A stretch of DNA of 64,000 bases from a virus, in the IMG/VR virus record IMGVR_UViG_3300044796_000141, positions 36,323 through 100,322 of that record; one strand, written 5' to 3'. Position 1 is the stretch's first letter; each line of letters opens with the position of its first letter. Below, piece by piece: positions 51,481-61,179 of this stretch. The notes under the pieces are model-generated. The model saw only the letters and a list, made by a program, of their open reading frames with translations. It was not told the DNA's origin and did not search any database. The translations under genes were made by a program, and so were the position numbers.

Positions 51481-52473
51481 ATGTATAAATTATTATCACT
51501 AGCTGTATTGTTGTTTTGTTCCACCGCTAATGCTACCGATGTAACTTTGAGAGTTGATACTGGTTATCTTCTTCCTTTAAGCTCACCACAATCTGATTTG
51601 TTTGCGGGTGGCTTTAATGGCAATTTAAAACTTGCAATTAATTTAAATCGCTATGTGGATGTTGGTCCCACTGTTGGCTTCTTTTGGGCTTCGCCAAACA
51701 ACTTCCATGACGGGCTTGCAGAGGTCTTCGGTGCAGGCTTGCGTGTGAAGCGCCCACACGACCTAACTAGCTATGCGGGTATCTCGCCATGGCTGGATGC
51801 AGACTTACTTTATGTTCGCACTGGTAAGCTCAATATGCTTGGTTGGGATGTGGGGGGAGGTTTCAGTATTCCGCTTGACGATAAGCAACGCTACTGGCTC
51901 GGTCCTTATGTACGCTTTACTCAGTCAGTGCGCACTTCAGACCCAGCTTATGACCATCACGATGTCAATCTTTTTGCCATCGGTATTGAATTTGAATTTG
52001 GTACGGCTGGCGTAAAACCAGCGGAAGAAATTCCTGTAAGAGTAGTTTATCAAGAAAAGATAATTACCAAAGAAGTTCATAACGAAATATTTGAATGTCC
52101 TATACCAGCTTCTTTGCCAGTGGTTCACAAGAAGCTTATATTACTGAATAAGCTTTACTTTGCGACGAACAAAGATATTATATTAGCAAAATCACAACCT
52201 GCATTAGATGAAGTTTTGGCGGCTGTAAATAATCCAGAATATACATTCAATGTTTTGGAAGTTGAAGGTCATACGGACTCAACCGGCAGTAAGGCTCACA
52301 ATCTTGATTTGTCTAAGCGCAGAGCGCAGTCTGTAGCAACCTGGCTTGTCGCACACGGCTTCAAGGGTATTGCTATTGCCGCTGGTTATGGTTCAGAGAA
52401 ACCAATCGCAACAAATAAAACTAAACAAGGTCGTGCAGAGAATCGTAGAGTTGAATTTTTCGTCTCTGAATAA
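51481..52473 (+). CDS. OmpA-C domain (peptidoglycan-binding) outer-membrane protein
   Basis: Signal peptide ...STANA; VEGHTDSTGS..HNLDLSKRRAQSV...GYGSEKP...NRRVEF. Confidence 0.8.
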   Translation: MYKLLSLAVLLFCSTANATDVTLRVDTGYLLPLSSPQSDLFAGGFNGNLKLAINLNRYVDVGPTVGFFWASPNNFHDGLAEVFGAGLRVKRPHDLTSYAGISPWLDADLLYVRTGKLNMLGWDVGGGFSIPLDDKQRYWLGPYVRFTQSVRTSDPAYDHHDVNLFAIGIEFEFGTAGVKPAEEIPVRVVYQEKIITKEVHNEIFECPIPASLPVVHKKLILLNKLYFATNKDIILAKSQPALDEVLAAVNNPEYTFNVLEVEGHTDSTGSKAHNLDLSKRRAQSVATWLVAHGFKGIAIAAGYGSEKPIATNKTKQGRAENRRVEFFVSE

Positions 52474-52484
52474 AGGATAATCAA

Positions 52485-52709
52485 ATGAAAGCTAAAAAGA
52501 AACCAGAAGTATCAATGCATTTAGAATTAGAAGGTAAAGTTTTTATTACAGAGAAACAAGGCAGAACGGTCTTGACTCGCGAAGAAATTGATGGTACAAC
52601 AGTATTGCAGGTCTTGATAGCTGCCATCAGCGAAGGGACACAACGCCTAGAAACGGACGCCAAGTTTCGTGCCGGGGCAGTCAGGGCTGTAAAAGCGAAG
52701 AAGAAGTAA
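52485..52709 (+). CDS. hypothetical protein
   Basis: Track ORF. Confidence 0.55.
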   Translation: MKAKKKPEVSMHLELEGKVFITEKQGRTVLTREEIDGTTVLQVLIAAISEGTQRLETDAKFRAGAVRAVKAKKK

Positions 52710-52984
52710 TGGATAGTATCAAGTGGCATAAAGAACTTACAGACGGCGTAGTATATAACTATTTTAAAAATAAAGATGATTTAGTTAACGCCAATTACTG
52801 TAAGAAGATGTTAAATATTGGTACGGGTAGTTTTAATAAAATTATAGAACATTTTGAGATTCAACCAATTATCAGAAGGGCTCCATATATTAATTTCGAC
52901 ACTAAACTCTATAGTCTTTCAAAAATGAAAGAAATTAAGGACAAGGTAGAAATTAAAAATAAACGAGTAGTTAAGTTTTTATGA
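52709..52984 (+). CDS. hypothetical protein
   Basis: Track ORF. Confidence 0.55.
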   Translation: MDSIKWHKELTDGVVYNYFKNKDDLVNANYCKKMLNIGTGSFNKIIEHFEIQPIIRRAPYINFDTKLYSLSKMKEIKDKVEIKNKRVVKFL

Positions 52985-53613
52985 AAGTATGTTTAATTAG
53001 CGATACGCATGGTTATTTTCCTGACCTCCCCGATGCAGATATTCTTGTACATTGTGGTGATGCTACCAGTATGGGTTATGGCTACGAGCTTAGTCGTTTT
53101 GATGATTGGCTATTTTCTTTTAAAGACCAATATCAAGAAATTATCTTTGTCCCTGGCAATCACGATATCATGTTTGAAAAGAATCCAGAGACTGCAAGAG
53201 CTATTACCAAAAGTATGACTGTTCTTATTAATGAATCTATTACTATCAATGGTAAAAAGATTTATGGCAGTCCAATGACTCCTACCTTTGGACACGGCTG
53301 GGCTTTTAATAGAAATACCGGCGTTCAAATCCAAGCCGAGTGGGATAAAATTCCAGATGGCTTGGATTTATTAATTACGCATGGACCGCCATACAATATT
53401 TTAGATGTCAATAGAAATGGACAAAACTGTGGCTGTGTTCATTTAGATTACGCAGTCAAAAAGAAGAATCCGCGCTTCCATGCGTTTGGACATATTCACT
53501 TGGCTGAAAGTGATAAAAAAATTGAAGTGACGCCGAGCACGACCTATATTAATGCTGCAACCTGTAATGAAAGTTATAGACCAGTTAATCCTCCAATAGT
53601 AATCGAGATATAA
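52981..53613 (+). CDS. metallophosphoesterase
   Basis: ISDTHG...CGD...GNHD...THGPP...GHIH. Confidence 0.75.
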   Translation: MKVCLISDTHGYFPDLPDADILVHCGDATSMGYGYELSRFDDWLFSFKDQYQEIIFVPGNHDIMFEKNPETARAITKSMTVLINESITINGKKIYGSPMTPTFGHGWAFNRNTGVQIQAEWDKIPDGLDLLITHGPPYNILDVNRNGQNCGCVHLDYAVKKKNPRFHAFGHIHLAESDKKIEVTPSTTYINAATCNESYRPVNPPIVIEI

Positions 53614-53614
53614 T

Positions 53615-53890
53615 ATGATAAATAGAAATCGCGAAGAAGACCTATTAAAATTAGCCGATGAATTTATTAATAACTTAGAACGCGGCGATTGTGAATATGG
53701 CGGTTGGGGCCTAGATGACAAAAGACCATTTGGTAACTCAAGTGTTGCTTACGATATTGCAGAAATCATAGGAATTTCAGGTGATGAAGAGTTAACAGAC
53801 GAAGAACAAGAATATTGTCATTCCCTCTATGATGGACTTGGTAATTTTCTTCGTAAAAAATGGAATGAAATAAGAAAAAATGAAAAATAA
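53615..53890 (+). CDS. hypothetical protein
   Basis: Track ORF. Confidence 0.55.
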   Translation: MINRNREEDLLKLADEFINNLERGDCEYGGWGLDDKRPFGNSSVAYDIAEIIGISGDEELTDEEQEYCHSLYDGLGNFLRKKWNEIRKNEK

Positions 53891-53986
53891 AATTAAGCTT
53901 GCTTATGACTATTATTTCCATCATTGGATTTGGTGCGGTAGTTACAGATGTAAAAGAGAATATAAATTGAAACAAATGGAGATTAA

Positions 53987-54793
53987 ATGCTTTTCTTAAA
54001 CGATACCCTAGTTAAAGTTACAAAGTTTCCAGACGGAACCTCTCAAGTATGGCAACTGCCAGAACAACGCATTAAGAATGCAGAAATTAAGTGGGTCTTC
54101 CAAAGTGAAGATGAATTTATGCATCTTGCTCAACTCAAGGATTTAATGGATAAAGAAGGAGTTGAAACTTCATTAGTAATTACATATTTGCCATATGGAA
54201 GACAAGATAAAAAAGTAGATAACGGTCTTACCTTTGCTTTAAGAACATTTTCTTATTTGCTTAATTCGTTAGACTTTATAAGTGTTCTTATTCGCGACCC
54301 TCATAGCGAAATTGCTTTAGGATTAATTCATAACTCTAAAGCTTACTATTTGTCTCGTGAAGTATCTCAGTTATTTAAAGATACCAAAATGGACTTAATG
54401 TGCTTCCCAGATAAGGGTGCTCTTAACAAATATTCTTCAATTTATAAAGAAACTCCATACATCTATGGAGAAAAAGTTAGAGACCAACTGACTGGAAGAA
54501 TCACGAGCTATAAAGTTATCGGAAATGAAGCTATAGCCAATAAAAAGATTTTAATTGTTGATGATATCTGTGATGGTGGAGCAACTTTTAAATTATTAGC
54601 TGCCCAACTTATTAAGAATGGCGCGGCACAAGTTGATTTGTTTGTTTCTCACGGCCTATTTACGCAAGGACTTGAAGGGTTATGGACGGCTGGAATTAGT
54701 AATATATTTTGTTTTGATAAATTAAGAGATTCTATCATCACAAAAACTACAGAAGAAGAATTTGAAAAATATTCAAAATTGGCAGGAAACTAA
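53987..54793 (+). CDS. prs: ribose-phosphate pyrophosphokinase-like (Prs family)
   Basis: FPDGTSQV...ITYLPYGRQDK...ILIVDDICDGGATF. Confidence 0.8.
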   Translation: MLFLNDTLVKVTKFPDGTSQVWQLPEQRIKNAEIKWVFQSEDEFMHLAQLKDLMDKEGVETSLVITYLPYGRQDKKVDNGLTFALRTFSYLLNSLDFISVLIRDPHSEIALGLIHNSKAYYLSREVSQLFKDTKMDLMCFPDKGALNKYSSIYKETPYIYGEKVRDQLTGRITSYKVIGNEAIANKKILIVDDICDGGATFKLLAAQLIKNGAAQVDLFVSHGLFTQGLEGLWTAGISNIFCFDKLRDSIITKTTEEEFEKYSKLAGN

Positions 54794-54795
54794 AA

Positions 54796-55263
54796 ATGCC
54801 TACTAAAGTTTATGAATCACCATCTAGAAGTTTTGATAAAAGCTTGTTTTTGGCAGGCGGAATTACAGGTTGCCCAGATTGGCAATCTGAAATAATTGAG
54901 CTATTAGATATTCCGGCTTGTAATCTTACAATCTACAATCCAAGAAGAGAAAATTTTCCTATTGGAGACCCTAATGCGGCAGAAAAGCAAATCATATGGG
55001 AATATGAACGATTAATGAAAGCCGATTTGGTTTCTTTTTGGTTTCCTTGTGAGACTCTGTGCCCAATTACTCTTTTTGAATTAGGTAAAATGTTGGGCAT
55101 CGGAAAAAATATAGAGGTTGGCTGCCATCCAAGCTACGGTAGAAAACAAGATATTGAAATACAAATGGAACTCACCTATGGTAAACCACCAGTAATTGCA
55201 CGCACAATTGAACACCTGGCAGATAATATTAAGAAAAACTTATTCAAAGGTAAAACAAGATGA
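54796..55263 (+). CDS. nucleoside 2-deoxyribosyltransferase-like protein
   Basis: LFLAGGITGCPDWQ...ADLVSFWF...LFELG pattern; assignment is tentative. Confidence 0.5.
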   Translation: MPTKVYESPSRSFDKSLFLAGGITGCPDWQSEIIELLDIPACNLTIYNPRRENFPIGDPNAAEKQIIWEYERLMKADLVSFWFPCETLCPITLFELGKMLGIGKNIEVGCHPSYGRKQDIEIQMELTYGKPPVIARTIEHLADNIKKNLFKGKTR

Positions 55264-55442
55264 AAATTGATGACTTGTACGCCCGCGCTCATTCGGCTGG
55301 CAATACGCCAACGACTTATGTCGTTACTGTATATGGTGGCGATTGGACTCAAAAGCAAGCAGATAAAATAGCAGATACCCTTAATCACATTTTGCCAAGC
55401 TTAAACTTCGACTTTAAAAAACAAAAAGGAAAAAAGAAATGA
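55260..55442 (+). CDS. hypothetical small protein
   Basis: Track ORF; ATGA coupling at both ends. Confidence 0.5.
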   Translation: MKIDDLYARAHSAGNTPTTYVVTVYGGDWTQKQADKIADTLNHILPSLNFDFKKQKGKKK

Positions 55443-56902
55443 AAACAGACCTATTATCACCGATGCTTATCGCGGACTTCTATAAGTTGTCCCACAGACT
55501 CCAATATCCAGTTAACACTGAGTTGGTTTATTCCACTTGGACACCGCGCGACAGTCGCATTCCAGAAATTAAGGAAGTTGTGGTCTTTGGTCATCAATCC
55601 TTCGTCAAAGAGTTTTTGATTGATTTTTTTAATGAAAATTTCTTTTCTCAGCCACTAGATAAAGTAAAGAATGATTATGCAAGAATTGTTAAATATGCGC
55701 TCGGCGTTGCAACCCCAGACACTTCACACATTGAAGAATTACACAATCTTGGTTATTTACCCCTTCTCATTAAGGCTTTGCCAGAAGGTACTCGTTCCCC
55801 TATACGCGTTCCTACCTTAACCATTCAAAATACTCATCCAAAGTTCTTTTGGTTGACCAACTATATTGAGACTTTAGCATCTTGTGAATTGTGGCCAAGC
55901 TACACCTCTGCTACGCTCGCTTATGAGTATAAGAAGGTTTTGGATAAGGCGGCTCTTAAAACGGTCGGTAATACGGAATTCGTTCCATTCCAAGGCCATG
56001 ACTTTTCAATGAGAGGTCTTAATGGTCTGAATGCGTCTACCAAGACCGGCATGGGTCATCTTCTCTCATTCGCTGGTACTGACACTATTCCTGCCATCTT
56101 AGCTGCTGAGTACTTCTACCATGCCAACGTGGAGAAAGAGCTTGTAGGCACGTCTATTCCCGCTACAGAGCACAGCGTTCAGTGTACCTATGGCGACGAT
56201 ATGAAGTATTTTACCAGAATGATTTCAGAAGTCCATCCTAGTGGCTTTGTCTCTATTGTTTCAGATGGATATGATTTTTGGGAAGTTATTAATGGTGTCC
56301 TCCCACAACTTAAAGATATGATTATGGCTCGTGATGGAAAGGTCGTCATCCGTCCAGATTCAGGCGACCCAGTTAAGATTGTTGCCGGTGACCCAGACGG
56401 AAAGACCCCATCCGAAGTTAAGGGCGCAATTGAATGCCTTTGGGAAATCTTTGGTGGTACTGTAAGCCCACAAGGCTACAAATGTCTCGATTCTCACATT
56501 GGTATGATTTATGGCGATGCGATTACCGTTGATAGAGCCAAGAGAATTACAGACCAACTTGCAGAAAAAGGCTTTGCCTCAACTAATATTGTGTTCGGTA
56601 TCGGTTCATTTACCTACCAATACAACACGAGAGATACCCTTGGTTTCGCGCTCAAGTCCACTGCTTGCGTCATTAATGGCGCAGAAAAGCAAATCTTCAA
56701 AGACCCAAAGACCGATAGTGGTATCAAGAAATCACAAAAGGGGCGCGTAGTTGTATTCCAAGACGGCGACAAGATTGCTTATAAAGACCAATGTTCACTC
56801 TCTCAAGAATACCCAGAAGACCTCTTGAAACCAATTTTTCAAGACGGAAAACTTCTTGTTGACGAAACTTTCGCAACAATTCGTGCTCGTCTAGCAAAGT
56901 AA
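55439..56902 (+). CDS. nadV: nicotinamide phosphoribosyltransferase-like (NAMPT/NadV family)
   Basis: ADFYKLSH...GHDFSMRG...PATEHSV...IRPDSGDP...IYGD. Confidence 0.85.
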   Translation: MKTDLLSPMLIADFYKLSHRLQYPVNTELVYSTWTPRDSRIPEIKEVVVFGHQSFVKEFLIDFFNENFFSQPLDKVKNDYARIVKYALGVATPDTSHIEELHNLGYLPLLIKALPEGTRSPIRVPTLTIQNTHPKFFWLTNYIETLASCELWPSYTSATLAYEYKKVLDKAALKTVGNTEFVPFQGHDFSMRGLNGLNASTKTGMGHLLSFAGTDTIPAILAAEYFYHANVEKELVGTSIPATEHSVQCTYGDDMKYFTRMISEVHPSGFVSIVSDGYDFWEVINGVLPQLKDMIMARDGKVVIRPDSGDPVKIVAGDPDGKTPSEVKGAIECLWEIFGGTVSPQGYKCLDSHIGMIYGDAITVDRAKRITDQLAEKGFASTNIVFGIGSFTYQYNTRDTLGFALKSTACVINGAEKQIFKDPKTDSGIKKSQKGRVVVFQDGDKIAYKDQCSLSQEYPEDLLKPIFQDGKLLVDETFATIRARLAK

Positions 56903-56964
56903 ATCTTTCTTTCAGATTTAAAAAAATTAGTTATATGTGATGTAAAAACAATTTAGGGGGCTCT

Positions 56965-57213
56965 ATGCAGATGGCCTTATTCGGAAAACCTAAAGAACCT
57001 AAACAGCCTGCTACTGTTCTTATTGTACAAACCACCTGTCCCTTTGATTGTCTGCCAGAAGCTCCTATTAGGGTTTTGCGCGATGAAGTAGTTTGGGGCA
57101 AGGGCTACATCCATTGTGTCTGCGAAAGCTGCCAAAAACGATTTACAAGACAAATAGACCCTAGAAAAAACATCGACGCCTATCTAGATAAACATTTCAA
57201 GCCTATTATTTAA
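56965..57213 (+). CDS. hypothetical protein
   Basis: Track ORF; GGGGG RBS. Confidence 0.5.
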   Translation: MQMALFGKPKEPKQPATVLIVQTTCPFDCLPEAPIRVLRDEVVWGKGYIHCVCESCQKRFTRQIDPRKNIDAYLDKHFKPII

Positions 57214-57252
57214 ATAATATATCTATTTCAACTAGACTATAGTAATTATTAT

Positions 57253-57922
57253 ATGTCTGGATTAATTTACAAAGCAACAAGTCCAAATGGAAAAATTTAT
57301 ATTGGACAAACTTCAAGAACTCTTGAAAAAAGAATAAAATATCATAAGTACGATTCTAAAAAACAAAGAACGCATCATCTAAAATTTTATAGAGCCATAA
57401 CAAAATATGGAATCGATAACTTTAGATGGGAAATTATAGAAGATAATATTGATGAAAATTTATTAGATATAAAAGAATGCGAATGGATAGAAAAATACAA
57501 CTCTCATAAAGAAGGATATAATTCTACGATTGGCGGAAATTCTCAACATATGAGAAAAAATCCTCCTTCTAAAAATCCAATAACCGCCAAAAAGATATCC
57601 AATGCTCTTAAGGGAACAAAAAAAACAAAAGAACATTGTGAAAATATATCTCAAACAAAAAAAGAAATGTTCGCGAAAGGACTGTTAACAAATCCAATGA
57701 AAGGAAAACATCACTCAGAGGATTCAAAAAAGAAAATTCAAAATACAAAGAAAAATAAAATAAAAATTAAATGCAATGAAACTCGGAATTGTATTTGAAA
57801 GCATACACGAAGCCGCAAGAAAAATGAACATTCCTCAACCAAACTTATCAAAGTATCTTCAATTTAGAGAACAAGGAAAAGGAAAACACTGTAGAGGATT
57901 TACTTTTTCAAAAATTGTTTAA
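57253..57922 (+). CDS. GIY-YIG homing endonuclease (I-TevI-like layout); needs +1 shift at CGG 57784-57786
   Basis: LIYKATSPNGKIYIGQT...YHK...GYNSTIGG, NUMOD-like repeats, then IKCNET|GIVFESIHEAARKMNIPQPNLSKYL...GFTFSKIV; stop at 57920-22. Confidence 0.75.
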
Positions 57923-57969
57923 TTGTATCTAAGGCTTCCGACATAGCTAAATAAAATGGTAAAGATTTT

Positions 57970-58402
<433 letters not shown>

Positions 58403-58411
58403 TTAGGCTAT

Positions 58412-58594
58412 TCATGACGCCTCTTCTCTTCGTGCATTGTAATCTAACAAATTAAGTAAGTCTTTTTTAAGGAAGTTTAGGATATCCATATCTTCGTCTT
58501 GGATAGGCGCATGGTTTACATATTGAATTATTTCTACTATTAATTTTACCAATTCTATTCTAAGTGCCAGTTCTGTATTGTCTGGTTCTTCCAT
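58412..58594 (-). CDS. hypothetical small acidic protein
   Basis: Track ORF abutting the upstream stop. Confidence 0.45.
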   Translation of the reverse strand: MEEPDNTELALRIELVKLIVEIIQYVNHAPIQDEDMDILNFLKKDLLNLLDYNARREEAS

Positions 58595-59044
58595 TTATTC
58601 TTCGTCCCCATCTACCATTCCTTTTACGGGCGTAAAACCTTCTCTACGGCCCGTACAGCAGGCTTCGCATGAAGTTATGAACCACGAGCCACGTGAGCGC
58701 AAGACGCCTTCCTTACCACATGATTCACAAACCTTAGCAGACAAATGTTCCGCTTTGGTAATTAATTCTTCCATTTCGTCGGTGCTATAATCCATATAGA
58801 AACGCAACGTGGCATACTTCTCTTTTACTTGTGAAGCTCTAGCATGAACATTCTTATCCTCAAGCTCAGCAAGCTGCTTCAGTATTAAACCTTCCAGCTT
58901 TGAAGACAATTCGTCTATAAGTTGATACCAACCGTCATCTACTTCCAGACCCCAATGCATGCAGCTCTCTCTCATACTTTTATCTTTGTTGGAATAAAGT
59001 AATGGATATTTTCTATAAATTTCGTCTTGTAGTTCTTTTTTCAT
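58595..59044 (-). CDS. hypothetical protein with C-terminal Cys cluster
   Basis: Track frame 58595..59119; ATG 59044 (MKKELQDEIYRKYP) lies just after the upstream stop. Confidence 0.6.
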   Translation of the reverse strand: MKKELQDEIYRKYPLLYSNKDKSMRESCMHWGLEVDDGWYQLIDELSSKLEGLILKQLAELEDKNVHARASQVKEKYATLRFYMDYSTDEMEELITKAEHLSAKVCESCGKEGVLRSRGSWFITSCEACCTGRREGFTPVKGMVDGDEE

Positions 59045-59045
59045 T

Positions 59046-59738
59046 TTAAAATTCCTTTTCTTCGGCGTATGGCTCCGTGTATATTTTATAATTATCTTTG
59101 CCCTGCCAATGTAAGGCAACTAATTCTTGTTTGGAAGAGCTATCAATGCACATTCCAAAAACTTTGCCGTCTCCACCCTTATATTCTCTCATTTGCCAAT
59201 TGTGACCATGAACCATAAACTTATCTTGTGGTTTGCGTGGCATCATACGATTCCATATAAATGAATAGTCGTCAATTCCTATATGTTTCCACTCTCTTGA
59301 AAATCTATCTTTTGGAATATTCTTAAGAGATGTAATAGGCGCATGAGAAACAAATAGCTCTTCATCTTCCCAATAAAGTGGGCGCTTGCCTAGCCATTCA
59401 ACAACTTCAGCAGGAACATCAAAAGCGTCTGGATTTTCTAATGTTGCATAGGATTTTAACGTGTATCCACCACCGTTGTGCAACCAACAATCCATTACGT
59501 CGCGCGAACTATTAGCATCAGTTCCGCCACAGCTTTCCCACATCATAGCGTCATGATTACCCATAAGCGCTTCGGCATTGGGCGTTTTCATGAAATATTC
59601 AATAACGCGAGCGGAATCTGGACCTCTATCACAAAGGTCACCCACGGCCAATATTAAATCGACCTTGGGGCACTTAGCAATAAGTTTCATTAAAGAAACA
59701 TACTGTCCAGCGATATCGCCAATTATTAACATATTCAT
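59046..59738 (-). CDS. Ser/Thr-phosphatase / ApaH-type metallophosphoesterase
   Basis: IIGDIAGQ...VGDLCDRGPDS...GNHD...HGH. Confidence 0.8.
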   Translation of the reverse strand: MNMLIIGDIAGQYVSLMKLIAKCPKVDLILAVGDLCDRGPDSARVIEYFMKTPNAEALMGNHDAMMWESCGGTDANSSRDVMDCWLHNGGGYTLKSYATLENPDAFDVPAEVVEWLGKRPLYWEDEELFVSHAPITSLKNIPKDRFSREWKHIGIDDYSFIWNRMMPRKPQDKFMVHGHNWQMREYKGGDGKVFGMCIDSSSKQELVALHWQGKDNYKIYTEPYAEEKEF

Positions 59739-60286
59739 TTCATCACCTCTTCAATCTTTAAGAACTTTTTAAAAGAGTTCCTAAAAAACAACATAAGAGA
59801 CGCAGTATTTTGCGCGTCTATCAATGCATTATGTGCTCTACCTTCGAACTTAATATCAAACAATTCCATAGTCTTTTTAAGACCACCTGTCTGCTTAGAT
59901 TGAGAAAATGCAGTTCTTAGAAGAGTTGCCATTTCCTTCAAGTTAAGAAATCTCATTTTGTCTGGATATCTAACTTGATTTTTTTTTGACTCTTCGATTA
60001 TGTAAAAATGGTCAGTACCCCATGAGCAAATATTCTTACAACCCATGTCATCAGTCCATTTCCAAAAATTAGTCAATACTTCTGAACATTGTTGAGCGCC
60101 ATCTACTTCATGTTGTTTAATGCCAGTCAATTCAGTAATAAACTCAGTCAATGGTTCATTTGGATTTGCAAATTGGTCAAATACAGCAAGTGTCTTTTCT
60201 GACGTTAAATCAATGCACACGCCTGCTAATTGTATTAGCGCTTTGCTTGGTTGCGCCATTTCGCAATCGATTACTATATACTTCAC
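59735..60286 (-). CDS. DEDDh 3'-5' exonuclease (DnaQ-like)
   Basis: VIDCEMA (DxE), WGTDHF, HNALIDAQ (Hx4D). Confidence 0.8.
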   Translation of the reverse strand: MKYIVIDCEMAQPSKALIQLAGVCIDLTSEKTLAVFDQFANPNEPLTEFITELTGIKQHEVDGAQQCSEVLTNFWKWTDDMGCKNICSWGTDHFYIIEESKKNQVRYPDKMRFLNLKEMATLLRTAFSQSKQTGGLKKTMELFDIKFEGRAHNALIDAQNTASLMLFFRNSFKKFLKIEEVMK

Positions 60287-60486
60287 TCGTTTTTTGCCTT
60301 TTCTAACATTTCTAAATGTTTTCTAATCCAGCGCATAAAAAATATTCCCTTATCAACTGCCATAAAAGTCGCTTCATTGGTATCTGCGATTGGCACAGGA
60401 AATAATAGTCCGCTCTCCGTAAGATAATACAGATTGCCATTTTTATAATATGTAAAAACTGCCTTACCTTGAATATGTTCTTTCAT
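60283..60486 (-). CDS. hypothetical protein
   Basis: Track ORF; ATGA coupling. Confidence 0.55.
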   Translation of the reverse strand: MKEHIQGKAVFTYYKNGNLYYLTESGLLFPVPIADTNEATFMAVDKGIFFMRWIRKHLEMLEKAKNE

Positions 60487-60713
60487 TTTGGTGGCTCCGG
60501 TAATTCTATTTTAGACCAATGCGTATAAGCATCTGTATCTTTGATGCACATTTCGCCATTCTGTCCTTTTCCAATACATAAATCATAAGGTTTAGGATAG
60601 CCTGTAGATTCTACTTCAAATATTTCTATTTTAGGAGGCCAACCTTTATGATTATAATACACATAGTACCAGCCTGGTTCGGTAGGCTTTTCTGTAGTCC
60701 ATTTAGTTTTCAT
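60483..60713 (-). CDS. hypothetical protein
   Basis: Track ORF. Confidence 0.55.
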   Translation of the reverse strand: MKTKWTTEKPTEPGWYYVYYNHKGWPPKIEIFEVESTGYPKPYDLCIGKGQNGEMCIKDTDAYTHWSKIELPEPPK

Positions 60714-61030
60714 TTTATTAACTTAATCATTGCTACGCCAAATCCTACTACAAGTCCAACACAATAAAAACTAAAATCTGTAATATTATCTAAATTGGTT
60801 TGTTTTGGAATTTCATAGTTAGCATCGTACCAAAACTCTTTAATTGCCGCATAAGTAGTTAAAGCACTAGCAAATATACCAAGCCATAAAAAGCTTGTAT
60901 TACTGAAGTATGCTACCGTGAGCATCAGAGCGTAGCCGGCAAGGGAATGTCCTATTTGGGCCAATACATCAGCGTTATTCATCCAACTATTGGTTAAAAT
61001 CTTTTTCCAGTCAATCATATTCTTCTCCAT
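60710..61030 (-). CDS. membrane protein
   Basis: Three hydrophobic helices. Confidence 0.55.
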   Translation of the reverse strand: MEKNMIDWKKILTNSWMNNADVLAQIGHSLAGYALMLTVAYFSNTSFLWLGIFASALTTYAAIKEFWYDANYEIPKQTNLDNITDFSFYCVGLVVGFGVAMIKLIK

Positions 61031-61179
61031 TTATACTTATTGCAATTTTTACAATATCTATCTTGAATAATTGCATCAAAGATTTCCCCACTAATATTTG
61101 ATTGAACTTTTCTATCCTGATTACTGCTCCATGGATGAAAATTATGAAATTCAAAGAAGCATAAAATATTTTGTATCAT
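61015..61179 (-). CDS. hypothetical small protein (54 aa)
   Basis: ATG overlaps the upstream TGA; CKNC; below the track cutoff. Confidence 0.35.
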   Translation of the reverse strand: MIQNILCFFEFHNFHPWSSNQDRKVQSNISGEIFDAIIQDRYCKNCNKYKWRRI

